DNA of 64,000 nt from an uncultured Acidobacteriota bacterium (GTDB lineage Bacteria > Acidobacteriota > Terriglobia > Acidiferrales > UBA7541): positions 157,449-221,448 of the forward strand of contig CAVVKO010000006.1 of assembly GCA_963749025.1 (NCBI GenBank). Reading direction: 5' to 3'. Below are positions 40,092 through 48,251 of the stretch, piece after piece (position 1 is the first letter of the stretch; each line of letters begins with the position of its first letter). The notes under the pieces were generated by a model that did not search any database, was not told the DNA's origin, and worked only from the letters and a program-made list of their open reading frames with translations. The position numbers and the translations under genes are program-made.

Positions 40092-40160
40092 CCAATTCCT
40101 CCTTAATTTCCACGTGTGAAGCCCGCGCTACTCCGCGACCATCTTATTAAGCGTCTGCGA

Positions 40161-40637
40161 CTATTTCTTTAAGTATTCCGCTAGCTTGTCGAAGCAGCCT
40201 TCCCAGCCCTTCTGGTGGCTCTTCCGCGATTCCGGCGTTTGCAGCAGTTCGTGTTTGAAGACCATTTCCGTGGAACCTCCGCGCTCGAAGAATTCCACGG
40301 TAACCATTGACTCCTCGGCCCGGATTCTTGCGTCCGGTTTGTCCGGGCTCCTATTCCACTGCCACGTAAACACCAGTTTTTCAGGAGGTTTCACTTCGCG
40401 ATAAATGCCGCTGCCAATGTAGGTAACGCCTTCCGGCGTCTTCACCTCAATTTCATAGCTGCCGTTCGGCCTCACATCCAGATGCAGATACCGCACCTCG
40501 TGCGACGCCACGTCGCGGCACATCCATTTGTCCAGCGCTTCTTGCCGCGTCCAGGCTTCGAAAACCTTTGTGCGTGGCGCGGCGAAGATTCGCCAGATTT
40601 CAACCTTCGTCTCGGAACCTGGAGCTTGGCTGGCCAT
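40161..40637 (-). CDS. SRPBCC family protein (Aha1/AHSA1-like), paralog 2
   Basis: IWRIFAAPRTKVFEAWTRQEALDKWMC...KLVFTWQW...MVTVEFFERGG...GWEGCFDKLAEYL. Confidence 0.8.
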   Translation of the reverse strand: MASQAPGSETKVEIWRIFAAPRTKVFEAWTRQEALDKWMCRDVASHEVRYLHLDVRPNGSYEIEVKTPEGVTYIGSGIYREVKPPEKLVFTWQWNRSPDKPDARIRAEESMVTVEFFERGGSTEMVFKHELLQTPESRKSHQKGWEGCFDKLAEYLKK

Positions 40638-40670
40638 TTCTCACTCTCCCTCGATTGAAATCCACGCCAT

Positions 40671-41147
40671 TCACGCCGCGAGCGTGTTTGCCAGCTTATC
40701 GAAGCATCCGTTCCAACCCTGGTTATGCCGTTCGCGCTGCTCGGCGTCGCGGAAGTTCTCGTGCTTCAGAAAGACCTCCGTAAAATTTCCGCGTTCCTTG
40801 AATTCAACCGTCACCAGCGTTTCATCCTGCACTTCGTTCCGTTCTCCCGAAGGGGTGTATCGTTCCCATGCCCAGGTGAAGACGAGCCTCTCGGGAGGCT
40901 GAATCTCCTGGAACGTCACTCGCTGCTTGTACACCGCGCCGTCCGCCGTCGTTATTTCCATGCAGTTCATGCCGCCCGGCCGAACATCGAACGCGGTGTA
41001 GCGCGCTGAATTATTCGGATTATCGCGGCACATCCATTTCTCTAGCTTTTCCCGTTGCGTCCAGGCTTCGAAGACCTTCGTGCGCGGGGCCGAGAACATC
41101 CTTCGGATTTCGAGTTTCGTCTCGGGGCCGGTCGTGGGACTTGCCAT
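40671..41147 (-). CDS. SRPBCC family protein (Aha1/AHSA1-like), paralog 1
   Basis: MASPTTGPETKLEIRRMFSAPRTKVFEAWTQREKLEKWMC... is collinear with paralog 2 from the first residue. AAGGAG 7 nt upstream of ATG 41147. Confidence 0.8.
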   Translation of the reverse strand: MASPTTGPETKLEIRRMFSAPRTKVFEAWTQREKLEKWMCRDNPNNSARYTAFDVRPGGMNCMEITTADGAVYKQRVTFQEIQPPERLVFTWAWERYTPSGERNEVQDETLVTVEFKERGNFTEVFLKHENFRDAEQRERHNQGWNGCFDKLANTLAA

Positions 41148-41491
41148 TTTGTATTCTCCTTTTGCTCTGATTCTTCGAGATAACGTGCCAGGGCGTCGAA
41201 TTGCGCTTCCCAGAATTGGCGGTAGCGTTCGATCCATTCCGCCGCGCCTTTCATCGGCTCGGCCGCCAGGCGGCAACGATGCACGCGCCCGTCCTTCTGC
41301 CGCATCACCAGCCCCGCATCTTCCAGGACGCGCAAATGCTTCGACACCGCCGGCAGCGACATGCGGTACGGCGCGGCGAGTTCGCTCACCGAACTTTCGC
41401 CTTGCGCCAGTCGCGCCAGGATCCCCCGGCGCGTCGCATCGGAAAGCGCGCTGAACGTGGCATCCAGCCCCGCTTGTGAATAGTTAACCAT
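41042..41491 (-). CDS. ArsR/SmtB family transcriptional regulator with a basic C-terminal tail
   Basis: FSALSDATRRGILARLAQGESSVSELAAPYRMSLPAVSKHLRVLEDAGLV is the ArsR wHTH. The last ~35 codons overlap the start of the downstream SRPBCC gene in another frame. Confidence 0.8.
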   Translation of the reverse strand: MVNYSQAGLDATFSALSDATRRGILARLAQGESSVSELAAPYRMSLPAVSKHLRVLEDAGLVMRQKDGRVHRCRLAAEPMKGAAEWIERYRQFWEAQFDALARYLEESEQKENTKWQVPRPAPRRNSKSEGCSRPRARRSSKPGRNGKS

Positions 41492-41499
41492 ATGGTTTA

Positions 41500-41528
41500 C
41501 TATTATCTCGAACCCAAACTCTTGTCAA
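41500..41528 (-). promoter_or_regulatory. sigma-70-type promoter of the arsR-SRPBCC operon, predicted leaderless transcript
   Basis: The minus strand reads TTGACA-17 nt-TAATAG-8 nt-ATG(arsR). No Shine-Dalgarno sequence is possible. Confidence 0.45.
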
Positions 41529-41570
41529 GTGCATTTTTTGCGTACAGCGGATCGGGTTATTTCCGAGAGG

Positions 41571-42194
41571 TTACAGCCCGGCCAGTAGGTGGCCCAGCTT
41601 GTTCTTCTTCGTGCGCAGGTAGGACCGCGAATGCCGGCTCGTGCGTGGACGGCAGGGAATGCGCTCGGCCACGCGCACGCCCGCACTCTCGAGCTGCTTT
41701 ACCTTGTCAGGATTATTCGAAAGCAATCGCACCGCACGAATGCCCAGCGCCTTCAGCGCTTCCGCGGCAAACTCGTAGTCGCGCGAATCAGCCGCAAACC
41801 CGAGCTCGCGATTCGCCTCCACAGTGTCGAGCCCGCTATCCTGCAATTCGTAAGCCTTCAGCTTATTGATCAATCCGATGCCGCGGCCTTCCTGTGGCAG
41901 GTAGAGCAGAACGCCCGAGCGTTCCTTGGCGATTTGTCGCAACGAAAACTCCAGCTGTGCGTGGCAATCGCACCGTTCGGAGGTAAAGACGTCGCCCGTA
42001 AGGCATTGCGAATGGACGCGCACCAGCGGCGCCCGCCCGCGACGCGGCGTGCCATGCAGGATGGCTACGGCTTCTTCGCCCGCCTTGCGTCCCTGGATGC
42101 CCACAACCGTGAATCGTCCCCAGCTCGTGGGTAATTGTGCCCGCGCGACCACGCGCGCTTTCGCGGCTGTCACAGATTTTTTCCGGCGTTTCAT
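41571..42194 (-). CDS. ribA: GTP cyclohydrolase II
   Basis: VRVHSQCLTGDVFTSERCDCHAQL (zinc site), LYLPQEGRGIGLINKLKAYELQD, NNPDKVKQLESAGV. Confidence 0.9.
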   Translation of the reverse strand: MKRRKKSVTAAKARVVARAQLPTSWGRFTVVGIQGRKAGEEAVAILHGTPRRGRAPLVRVHSQCLTGDVFTSERCDCHAQLEFSLRQIAKERSGVLLYLPQEGRGIGLINKLKAYELQDSGLDTVEANRELGFAADSRDYEFAAEALKALGIRAVRLLSNNPDKVKQLESAGVRVAERIPCRPRTSRHSRSYLRTKKNKLGHLLAGL

Positions 42195-42205
42195 GCGAGT
42201 TAATT

Positions 42206-42214
42206 ATTATAGCA
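42206..42214 (-). promoter_or_regulatory. extended -10 element upstream of ribA
   Basis: The minus strand reads TGCTATAAT, then 11 nt (AATTAACTCGC), then ATG(ribA). There is no SD-like sequence in between. Confidence 0.4.
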
Positions 42215-42361
42215 GGCTTCGCAAAACCTCCGCCCCGCGCCTCTCGCAGCCGCAGGCTTGCCTTGCCGCGCAGGAATCTTTGTGGCTCGTGTCTTTACAT
42301 CGCTCCTGCCTTTGGCTAACGTAGCGCGAGGGAGATTCAAGTCGGCACCACATCGACCGAA

Positions 42362-43687
42362 ATGGGCACACTTTTCAGCGGCAAGGACCTGATTTTCACG
42401 CTGGTGCTGAAGGTCGGCTTCGCGGCCTCGCTCGCGGCGCTCCTCGTCCGCTTCCGTTCGTTTCGCAAACTTCTTTTCACCGAGGTTCGCGATTCCGATC
42501 AGAAAGTGATGCTGCTGCTCTTCCTCACTCCGCCGCTCGCCATCGGCGTTGTGCTTCGCCTCATCGGCGGCTATCGCTTCTTTGATTTGACGCTCGAAGG
42601 CTCCTTCCTCATGGGTTTGATCGGGGGCAGAATCGTCGGGCTGCTCGGCGGCTCGCTGATCAGCCTCCCGGCGTTTGGCAATCACGAATGGCTGGCGAGT
42701 CCCTCTGCCGCCCTCGTGGGCTTGATTGCCGGGATGGTTCGCGAGGCGATGCCGGAAAAAGAAGACATTTGGCATTTCGGCCCGTTTCTTTTCTTGAGCG
42801 TTCCACAGTGGATCTGGAATCTCGTGCGCTACGGCAAAAGGAATTGGGCCATGTTGCCGCTCTTCGCTTGTGTCGCAGTCTCCGTGGGCCAGCTCGAGCT
42901 CGCCAGCGCCGTCCCGCCCACCTGGCTCTTCGGATTTCACCCGGACCACTGGGGTTACGCGCTGCTCGTCGTGCTCTCTTCCGTGATGTGCGTGGCCATG
43001 GCCATCAAAATCTGGAACAACACGCGCACGGAGATGAACCTCGAAGAAAATCAGCAGCTCCTCCTCAAAGCGCGCATGGACGCGCTTACCAGTCAGATCA
43101 ATCCGCACTTCCTTTTCAACACGCTGAATACAGTTTCTTCGCTCATTCGTTTCGATCCGGATATGGCTCGCGGCGTCGTGCTGAAGCTCTCCAATATTTT
43201 GCGCCGCCTCCTGCGCAAGCACGAGACGTTCGTCCCTCTGCGCGAGGAGCTCGGCTTCATCGACGACTACCTCGACATCGAAGTGATCCGCTTCGGCCGC
43301 GACAAGCTGCAAATCTTCAAGGACATCGACGAGGAAAGTCTCGACGCCTTCGTACCCAGCATGTTGCTGCAGCCCATGATTGAAAATTCCATCAAGCACG
43401 GTTTGGCCCCGCGCCTGGAAGGCGGACAGATTCATCTGCGCACGCGTCGCGTCGATGGCCGCCTGTTGATTGAGATTGCGGACAACGGAATGGGAATTTC
43501 CACCGAGCGCCTCGCCGAGGTTTACGGCGGCGGCATCGGAATCAGCAATGTCCACGAACGCTTGCGCCTGCTCTACGGCGATCAGTTCAAAATGGACATC
43601 CGCAGCCAGGAAGGCCAGGGCACCCAAATCCACATCGAAATTCCCGAGCTGGTCACCGCCGAACCTTTCGCCGGCTTAGGCCTATAA
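42362..43687 (+). CDS. sensor histidine kinase, LytS/YehU family
   Basis: N-terminal polytopic 5TM-LYT-like region, then QINPHFLFNTLNTVSSLIRFDPDMA (His_kinase motif) and an HATPase_c domain (ENSIKHGL...IADNGMGI...GIGISNVHERL). Confidence 0.85.
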   Translation: MGTLFSGKDLIFTLVLKVGFAASLAALLVRFRSFRKLLFTEVRDSDQKVMLLLFLTPPLAIGVVLRLIGGYRFFDLTLEGSFLMGLIGGRIVGLLGGSLISLPAFGNHEWLASPSAALVGLIAGMVREAMPEKEDIWHFGPFLFLSVPQWIWNLVRYGKRNWAMLPLFACVAVSVGQLELASAVPPTWLFGFHPDHWGYALLVVLSSVMCVAMAIKIWNNTRTEMNLEENQQLLLKARMDALTSQINPHFLFNTLNTVSSLIRFDPDMARGVVLKLSNILRRLLRKHETFVPLREELGFIDDYLDIEVIRFGRDKLQIFKDIDEESLDAFVPSMLLQPMIENSIKHGLAPRLEGGQIHLRTRRVDGRLLIEIADNGMGISTERLAEVYGGGIGISNVHERLRLLYGDQFKMDIRSQEGQGTQIHIEIPELVTAEPFAGLGL

Positions 43688-43716
43688 ATCTTGCGTGGCG
43701 TAGAAGCATTCGCTCG

Positions 43717-44139
43717 TCAAGGCAGCGCCTTCAAATCCGGTTCGGCCCACGCGGCCTTTGCCTCCGGCGAGTAAAGCCGCATCTTGCTGAAATATTCGTA
43801 GATCAAATCCTTGTCGCCGAGCCGCGCTACAACATCGTTCACGAACGGCACCATCTCTTCTCCTCGAATCTCGGCCTTGCAATCGCGTCCTGCCATATGC
43901 AGCCAGAATCCCGTGATGGTCTCGTGATATCCATTCTTACCGTGATGCCCGATAAATTTGTGCAGTCCCGCGCGCATGCGCCTTTCCGCCGTCTCGCGGT
44001 CCGACTGGAAGAAGTAGTATGCCGCCACCGTAAGATGCCGCGCGTGAACGAACTCCTCGGGCGTGTACTCGCAAGCCTCGAATCGCCGCACCACCTCTTC
44101 AATCTCCGCCGCCGTGCTGTACGGAGTGAATCCCGCCAT
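43717..44139 (-). CDS. hypothetical protein
   Basis: 140-aa ORF (MAGFTPYSTAAEIEEVVRRFE...GYHETITGFWLHM...). GGAGG just upstream of ATG 44139. No family assignment. Confidence 0.55.
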   Translation of the reverse strand: MAGFTPYSTAAEIEEVVRRFEACEYTPEEFVHARHLTVAAYYFFQSDRETAERRMRAGLHKFIGHHGKNGYHETITGFWLHMAGRDCKAEIRGEEMVPFVNDVVARLGDKDLIYEYFSKMRLYSPEAKAAWAEPDLKALP

Positions 44140-44309
44140 GGCTCCTCCCAAAAAAAAAGCCCGCGCTCGCCAAACGGCGGCACGGGCGACAATTTCCTTC
44201 GCTTCAACAAGTATAACTCTGCCGGGATTCCGCGTCTATGGCCTCGCCCGTTCCTCTACGTCCGCTGCCTCCGCCTCTCCCCTGTGCTAGACTGGCCGTT
44301 CTCAATTCA

Positions 44310-45116
44310 ATGGACGATCCGGCAAAAATCGAAGCCCAGGAAGAACAGGAAGACAAAAGGAGCACGCGCTCCGCGATCGTTCTCGCGATCCTGGCCGTTC
44401 TGGTCGCGGCCTATTGCGTCGAGTTCGGTCTGCAGACGCTCACCTGGATCGAAGCCCGCGAATGGACTTCCGCAAACCCCTGGCTCGGGGATGCCTCGCA
44501 GGCTTTGCCCGCGCCCGCCGCTTTATCGGCGAAAGGAACGCAGGAAAAGGCCTACGAGTACGAATTCGCGGTGCCATGGTCAGGCAAATCGAAAGCCACT
44601 CCGACCCCCGCAGGCGTCGAGCTCCGCTACGATTCCGGCCAGGTCGTGATCTTTTTCGACCCCGATTCGCAGGTGGACACCATTCACAAGCTAAAGGCCT
44701 CCAGCCCCGCCGACTATCAAAAATTCATCGGCGTTTTCGGCAACAAGCCCATCGATACGAATTACGCGCTCTACCAATCCGTCTATGCCGCCGCACCCGC
44801 GCAGATTTCTCCCTTCATGAACGCATCCGACGCCCTTCGCATCAACGTACTCCTGCTCTGGAAGCTTTCTTTCGGCCCGGATCTCACCGCTAGCGGCGCG
44901 CCGGAATTTTCTTCGTTCGATTGGGGTAAACTCCGCGGGTTTCAGTTCGGCGATCCTGCCAAGGACCATCCCGTCGCAGTCCGGGTTTTCGACGATAAGG
45001 ACCAGCAGTTCCGCTTCATCTTTACGGTTGCCGGTGGCTCGAGCGGCAAGATCACCCAGGACGATATCAGTTCGACTGTCCAGTCGCTCCAGCCCGTGCC
45101 GCTCACCGAGCGTTAA
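44310..45116 (+). CDS. membrane-anchored hypothetical protein
   Basis: Acidic N-terminus, one TM helix (SAIVLAILAVLVAAYCVEFGL), ~220-aa extracytoplasmic part. Start set at ATG 44310. Confidence 0.55.
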   Translation: MDDPAKIEAQEEQEDKRSTRSAIVLAILAVLVAAYCVEFGLQTLTWIEAREWTSANPWLGDASQALPAPAALSAKGTQEKAYEYEFAVPWSGKSKATPTPAGVELRYDSGQVVIFFDPDSQVDTIHKLKASSPADYQKFIGVFGNKPIDTNYALYQSVYAAAPAQISPFMNASDALRINVLLLWKLSFGPDLTASGAPEFSSFDWGKLRGFQFGDPAKDHPVAVRVFDDKDQQFRFIFTVAGGSSGKITQDDISSTVQSLQPVPLTER

Positions 45117-45152
45117 TCTGTTCAGGGAATGTTTTCGGAAAACGTGTCAGCG

Positions 45153-46301
45153 TCAGCGCCCGGTTCGTGCCGCGCCGCCCGATGCGTTCAGGACTTGCCT
45201 GTAGTAAGCCTCGTACTGCGGAATCACATCATTGGAGCAATATTTCTTTCGCGCATTCACGCGCGCGATCTGGCCCATCGAGCGCCCGCGGTCGGGCCGC
45301 GTCAGGATTTCCAGCGCGCATTTCGCTCCCGCTTCCACGTCTCGCGGCGGAATCAAATAGCCGTCCACGCCGTCCGTGACGACCTCCGGCAGCCCGCCGA
45401 CGTTTGACGCCACCACCGGCACCTCGCAAGCCATCGCTTCCAGTGCCGCGAGCCCGAACGATTCCTCGTCGCTCGGCAGTAAAAATAGATCCGCTAGCCC
45501 CAATTTTTCCTGCACGCGATCCTGCTTGCCCAGAAAAAACGCGTCCTTCGAGAGGCACTTCTTGCGCACCAGGAATTCAGCCGCGCCGCGGTCCGGCCCG
45601 TCGCCCATCATCACCAGCTTGGCCGGAATCTTTTCACGCACGCGCGCGAAGATTTCCACCACGTCCGTAATCCGCTTCACCGGACGGAAATTCGAAAGAT
45701 GCATCAGGATGGGCTCGCCGTCCTTGGCCCATTGTTTGCGCGCTGATTGGTCCGCGCAGCGCATGTACAAATCGCAATTCACGAAATTCGGGATCACTTC
45801 GATTGGCCGTTTGATCTCGAATTCACGCACCGTGCGCTCGCGCAAGTATTTCGAAATCGCCGTCACCCCGTCGCTCTGTTCGATCGAAAATCGCGTAATC
45901 GGCAGATAGCTGCGGTCACTTCCCACCAGTGTAATGTCTGTTCCGTGCAGCGTGGTGATGAAGGGCAGTTTCTTCGTCTGCGCCATCATGCGGGCCAGCA
46001 GCGCGCTTACGGAGTGCGGAATCGCGTAGTGCACGTGCAGCAGGTCCAGTGAAGCCTCTTCCGCCACCTCATACATTTTGGTCGCCAGCGCCAAAGTGTA
46101 TGGCGGATGGTCGAAGAGCGGGTAGGACGTCACTTCCACTTCGTGAAAATAAATTCGCTCGTGCGCCGAACTCAGCCGGATCGGCATGGCGTAGCTGATG
46201 AAATGGATTTCGTGCCCGCGCGCGGCCAGTTCGATGCCCAGCTCCGTGGCCACCACTCCGGAGCCGCCGTATGTTGGATAGCATGTGATTCCGATTTTCA
46301 T
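45153..46301 (-). CDS. bshA: N-acetyl-alpha-D-glucosaminyl L-malate synthase (GT4)
   Basis: MKIGITCYPTYGGSGVVATELGIELAARGHEIHFIS...LLHVHYAIPHS...TTLHGTDITLVGSD...FSIEQSDGVTAIS closely follows Bacillus BshA as I remember it. Confidence 0.85.
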   Translation of the reverse strand: MKIGITCYPTYGGSGVVATELGIELAARGHEIHFISYAMPIRLSSAHERIYFHEVEVTSYPLFDHPPYTLALATKMYEVAEEASLDLLHVHYAIPHSVSALLARMMAQTKKLPFITTLHGTDITLVGSDRSYLPITRFSIEQSDGVTAISKYLRERTVREFEIKRPIEVIPNFVNCDLYMRCADQSARKQWAKDGEPILMHLSNFRPVKRITDVVEIFARVREKIPAKLVMMGDGPDRGAAEFLVRKKCLSKDAFFLGKQDRVQEKLGLADLFLLPSDEESFGLAALEAMACEVPVVASNVGGLPEVVTDGVDGYLIPPRDVEAGAKCALEILTRPDRGRSMGQIARVNARKKYCSNDVIPQYEAYYRQVLNASGGAARTGR

Positions 46302-46371
46302 TGCGCCTCACTCAACTCTAGCAGCCGTCCGTTATACGCCGCAAGCGAACGCCCCGCCGATGTGTCCTGAC

Positions 46372-46857
46372 TCACGCGACGACTATCTCCGGCTCGTGCT
46401 CGACCGGAAAGTTCACCGACCTGGCAATGAAGCACTTGGCGTGAGCCGCGCCATGCAACTCTCGGGCTTTGGCCACGTCCGAACCCGGCGCAACCGTGAC
46501 ATGAGGACGCAATGTCACCCGCTCGAATTGACCCGAACCATCCGGCGTTTCCTGCATCACGCCCTCGGCATGGTCCACGTAAGCCACCACAACAATTCCC
46601 GCCTCCGCGCACAAATGCAGATACCAAAGCTCATGGCAGGCCGAGACGGAAGCCACCAACAACTCCTCAGGGTTCCAGCGTGCCCGGTCCCCGCGAAATA
46701 CCGGATCGGAGGAACCGGGGATCCCCGGCTTCTGCGCTCCAGCAGAAATTTCGTGCCGCCGCTCGTAGCTTTTATAGCCGGACGTGCCACTCCCGGTGTT
46801 TCCGGTCCATGTGACGGTGACTTCGTAGCGGTGCGCTCGTGCCATCCATTTCCTCAT
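46372..46857 (-). CDS. OsmC family peroxiredoxin-like protein
   Basis: YEVTVTWTGNTGSGTSGYKSYERRHEISA...WNPEELLVASVSACHELWYL...AHAKCFIARS has the two OsmC cysteines. Only the last ~160 codons of the 355-codon ORF are credible. Confidence 0.8.
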   Translation of the reverse strand: MRKWMARAHRYEVTVTWTGNTGSGTSGYKSYERRHEISAGAQKPGIPGSSDPVFRGDRARWNPEELLVASVSACHELWYLHLCAEAGIVVVAYVDHAEGVMQETPDGSGQFERVTLRPHVTVAPGSDVAKARELHGAAHAKCFIARSVNFPVEHEPEIVVA

Positions 46858-46990
46858 TGACGCTGGCGCCAGATTACAATTCTCCGAGCCGCCGCCGAAG
46901 GTCGAATTAACGTCCCTTGCGCCGCATGCTCGGCGGATGCTAGATTCGCGCCTTCTCGTTCTTATATTAGACGAGCGATTAGGCCTTGCG

Positions 46991-47755
46991 ATGCCGCGAC
47001 TTTCGGAAAAAATAGCGCTCATTACAGGTGGCGGAACGGGCATCGGCCGCGCCTGCGCCTTGGCCTTCGCCCAGGAAGGGGCCCAGGTTGCCCTGATTGG
47101 CCGCAGGAAGCCGCCCCTCGATGTTGTCGCCCGCGAGATTGAGGCATCCGGCGGAAAGGCCCTCGCCGTCACGTGTGACGTCGCGAGCCACGACTCTGTC
47201 GAGTCTGCCGTTGCCGCTGCCTCTAAACATTTCGGCGGTCTCGACGTGGTCGTCAACAATGCAGGCGCAATCGTCGTGGGAACGGTCGAGGAGACTTCGG
47301 ACGAAGACTGGAGTAAGGTGATGGCGACGAATCTCACCGGCACATTTTTTGTCTCGCGTGCGGCAATTCCCAGTCTGCGCGCGGCCGGAGGCGGCTCCAT
47401 CGTCAACATCGGTTCGTATCTCGGAATCGTCGCCCGCAAACAGCGCGCCGCTTATTGCGCCGCGAAAGCGGGAGTCGCCGGTCTGACGCGGGCCATGGCG
47501 CTCGATCACGCTCACGACAAAATTCGCGTGAATTGCATCTGCCCAGCGATCACTGAAACGGAGATGGCCATACAGTCCCTCGCCAAGGCTCCCGATCCCG
47601 GAGCCGCTCGAAAACAGCGTACCGCTGAAATTCCACTCGGCCGCTTTGGAAAGCCGGAAGACATCGCGCTTCTTGCTGTGTTTCTCGCGTCCGACGAATC
47701 TTCGTGGATGACCGGCGTGTCGTTGCCACTCGACGGAGGTCAGACCGCGTCCTGA
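46991..47755 (+). CDS. SDR family oxidoreductase
   Basis: ALITGGGTGIGRA (TGxxxGxG), NNAG, catalytic YCAAKAG. Confidence 0.85.
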   Translation: MPRLSEKIALITGGGTGIGRACALAFAQEGAQVALIGRRKPPLDVVAREIEASGGKALAVTCDVASHDSVESAVAAASKHFGGLDVVVNNAGAIVVGTVEETSDEDWSKVMATNLTGTFFVSRAAIPSLRAAGGGSIVNIGSYLGIVARKQRAAYCAAKAGVAGLTRAMALDHAHDKIRVNCICPAITETEMAIQSLAKAPDPGAARKQRTAEIPLGRFGKPEDIALLAVFLASDESSWMTGVSLPLDGGQTAS

Positions 47756-47756
47756 C

Positions 47757-48215
47757 ATGCCCAGACCATCCAAAGCGATCGGAAAAGTTACCGCGAGCCA
47801 ACTCAAGAAACGCGTTCACGCGACGAACGCGGCGAAGCTGTTTGGGTTTGTCATCGTGAAAGCGCAGCCGGGAAGAGTCGCCGTGCGCATGCGCGTCGAA
47901 GAGCGCCACAAGCAGGTCCACGGCGTGGTTCACGGCGGCGTGGTCGCGGCGCTGGCGGATACCGCCGGAGGCCTCGCGAGTTACATGGCCTATCCGCGTG
48001 GAACGCGCGTCGCCACCATCGAGATGAAGATTAATTTTCTCGAAGCTGTCGAAGGCGGCGATATTACCGCCGAGGCTGTTGTCGTACGGAAGGGAAGGCA
48101 CATCGCCGTCACCGATTGTGACGTCCGCGACAGCTCGCGCCGCCTGCTGGCAAAGGCGCTGATGACTTTCTTTGTGGGCCCGTTCAGAAAAAACCGCAAG
48201 AAGCGCTACGCATAA
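47757..48215 (+). CDS. PaaI family (hotdog fold) thioesterase
   Basis: VHGVVHGGVVAALADTAGG is the PaaI signature. Starts 2 nt after the SDR stop. Confidence 0.8.
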   Translation: MPRPSKAIGKVTASQLKKRVHATNAAKLFGFVIVKAQPGRVAVRMRVEERHKQVHGVVHGGVVAALADTAGGLASYMAYPRGTRVATIEMKINFLEAVEGGDITAEAVVVRKGRHIAVTDCDVRDSSRRLLAKALMTFFVGPFRKNRKKRYA

Positions 48216-48251
48216 CTCGCCTGCGAGATTTCTGCGGCCTCGCCGGAGTTC

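Noticed and set aside
42195-42361. FMN riboswitch upstream of ribA
   Set aside because: I could not find the conserved RFN core sequences. An extended -10 element sits only 11 nt from the ATG, which leaves no room for a leader.
42200-43633. 477-aa ORF antisense to the LytS-type kinase
   Set aside because: No motifs and a shadow-frame composition. The sense strand carries unmistakable His_kinase and HATPase_c motifs.
46858-47439. N-terminal ~190 codons of the 355-aa ORF that contains the OsmC domain
   Set aside because: This part is antisense to the SDR gene and its promoter region and has a low-complexity Ser/Thr/Ala/Arg composition. OsmC homology begins only at MARAHRYEV.
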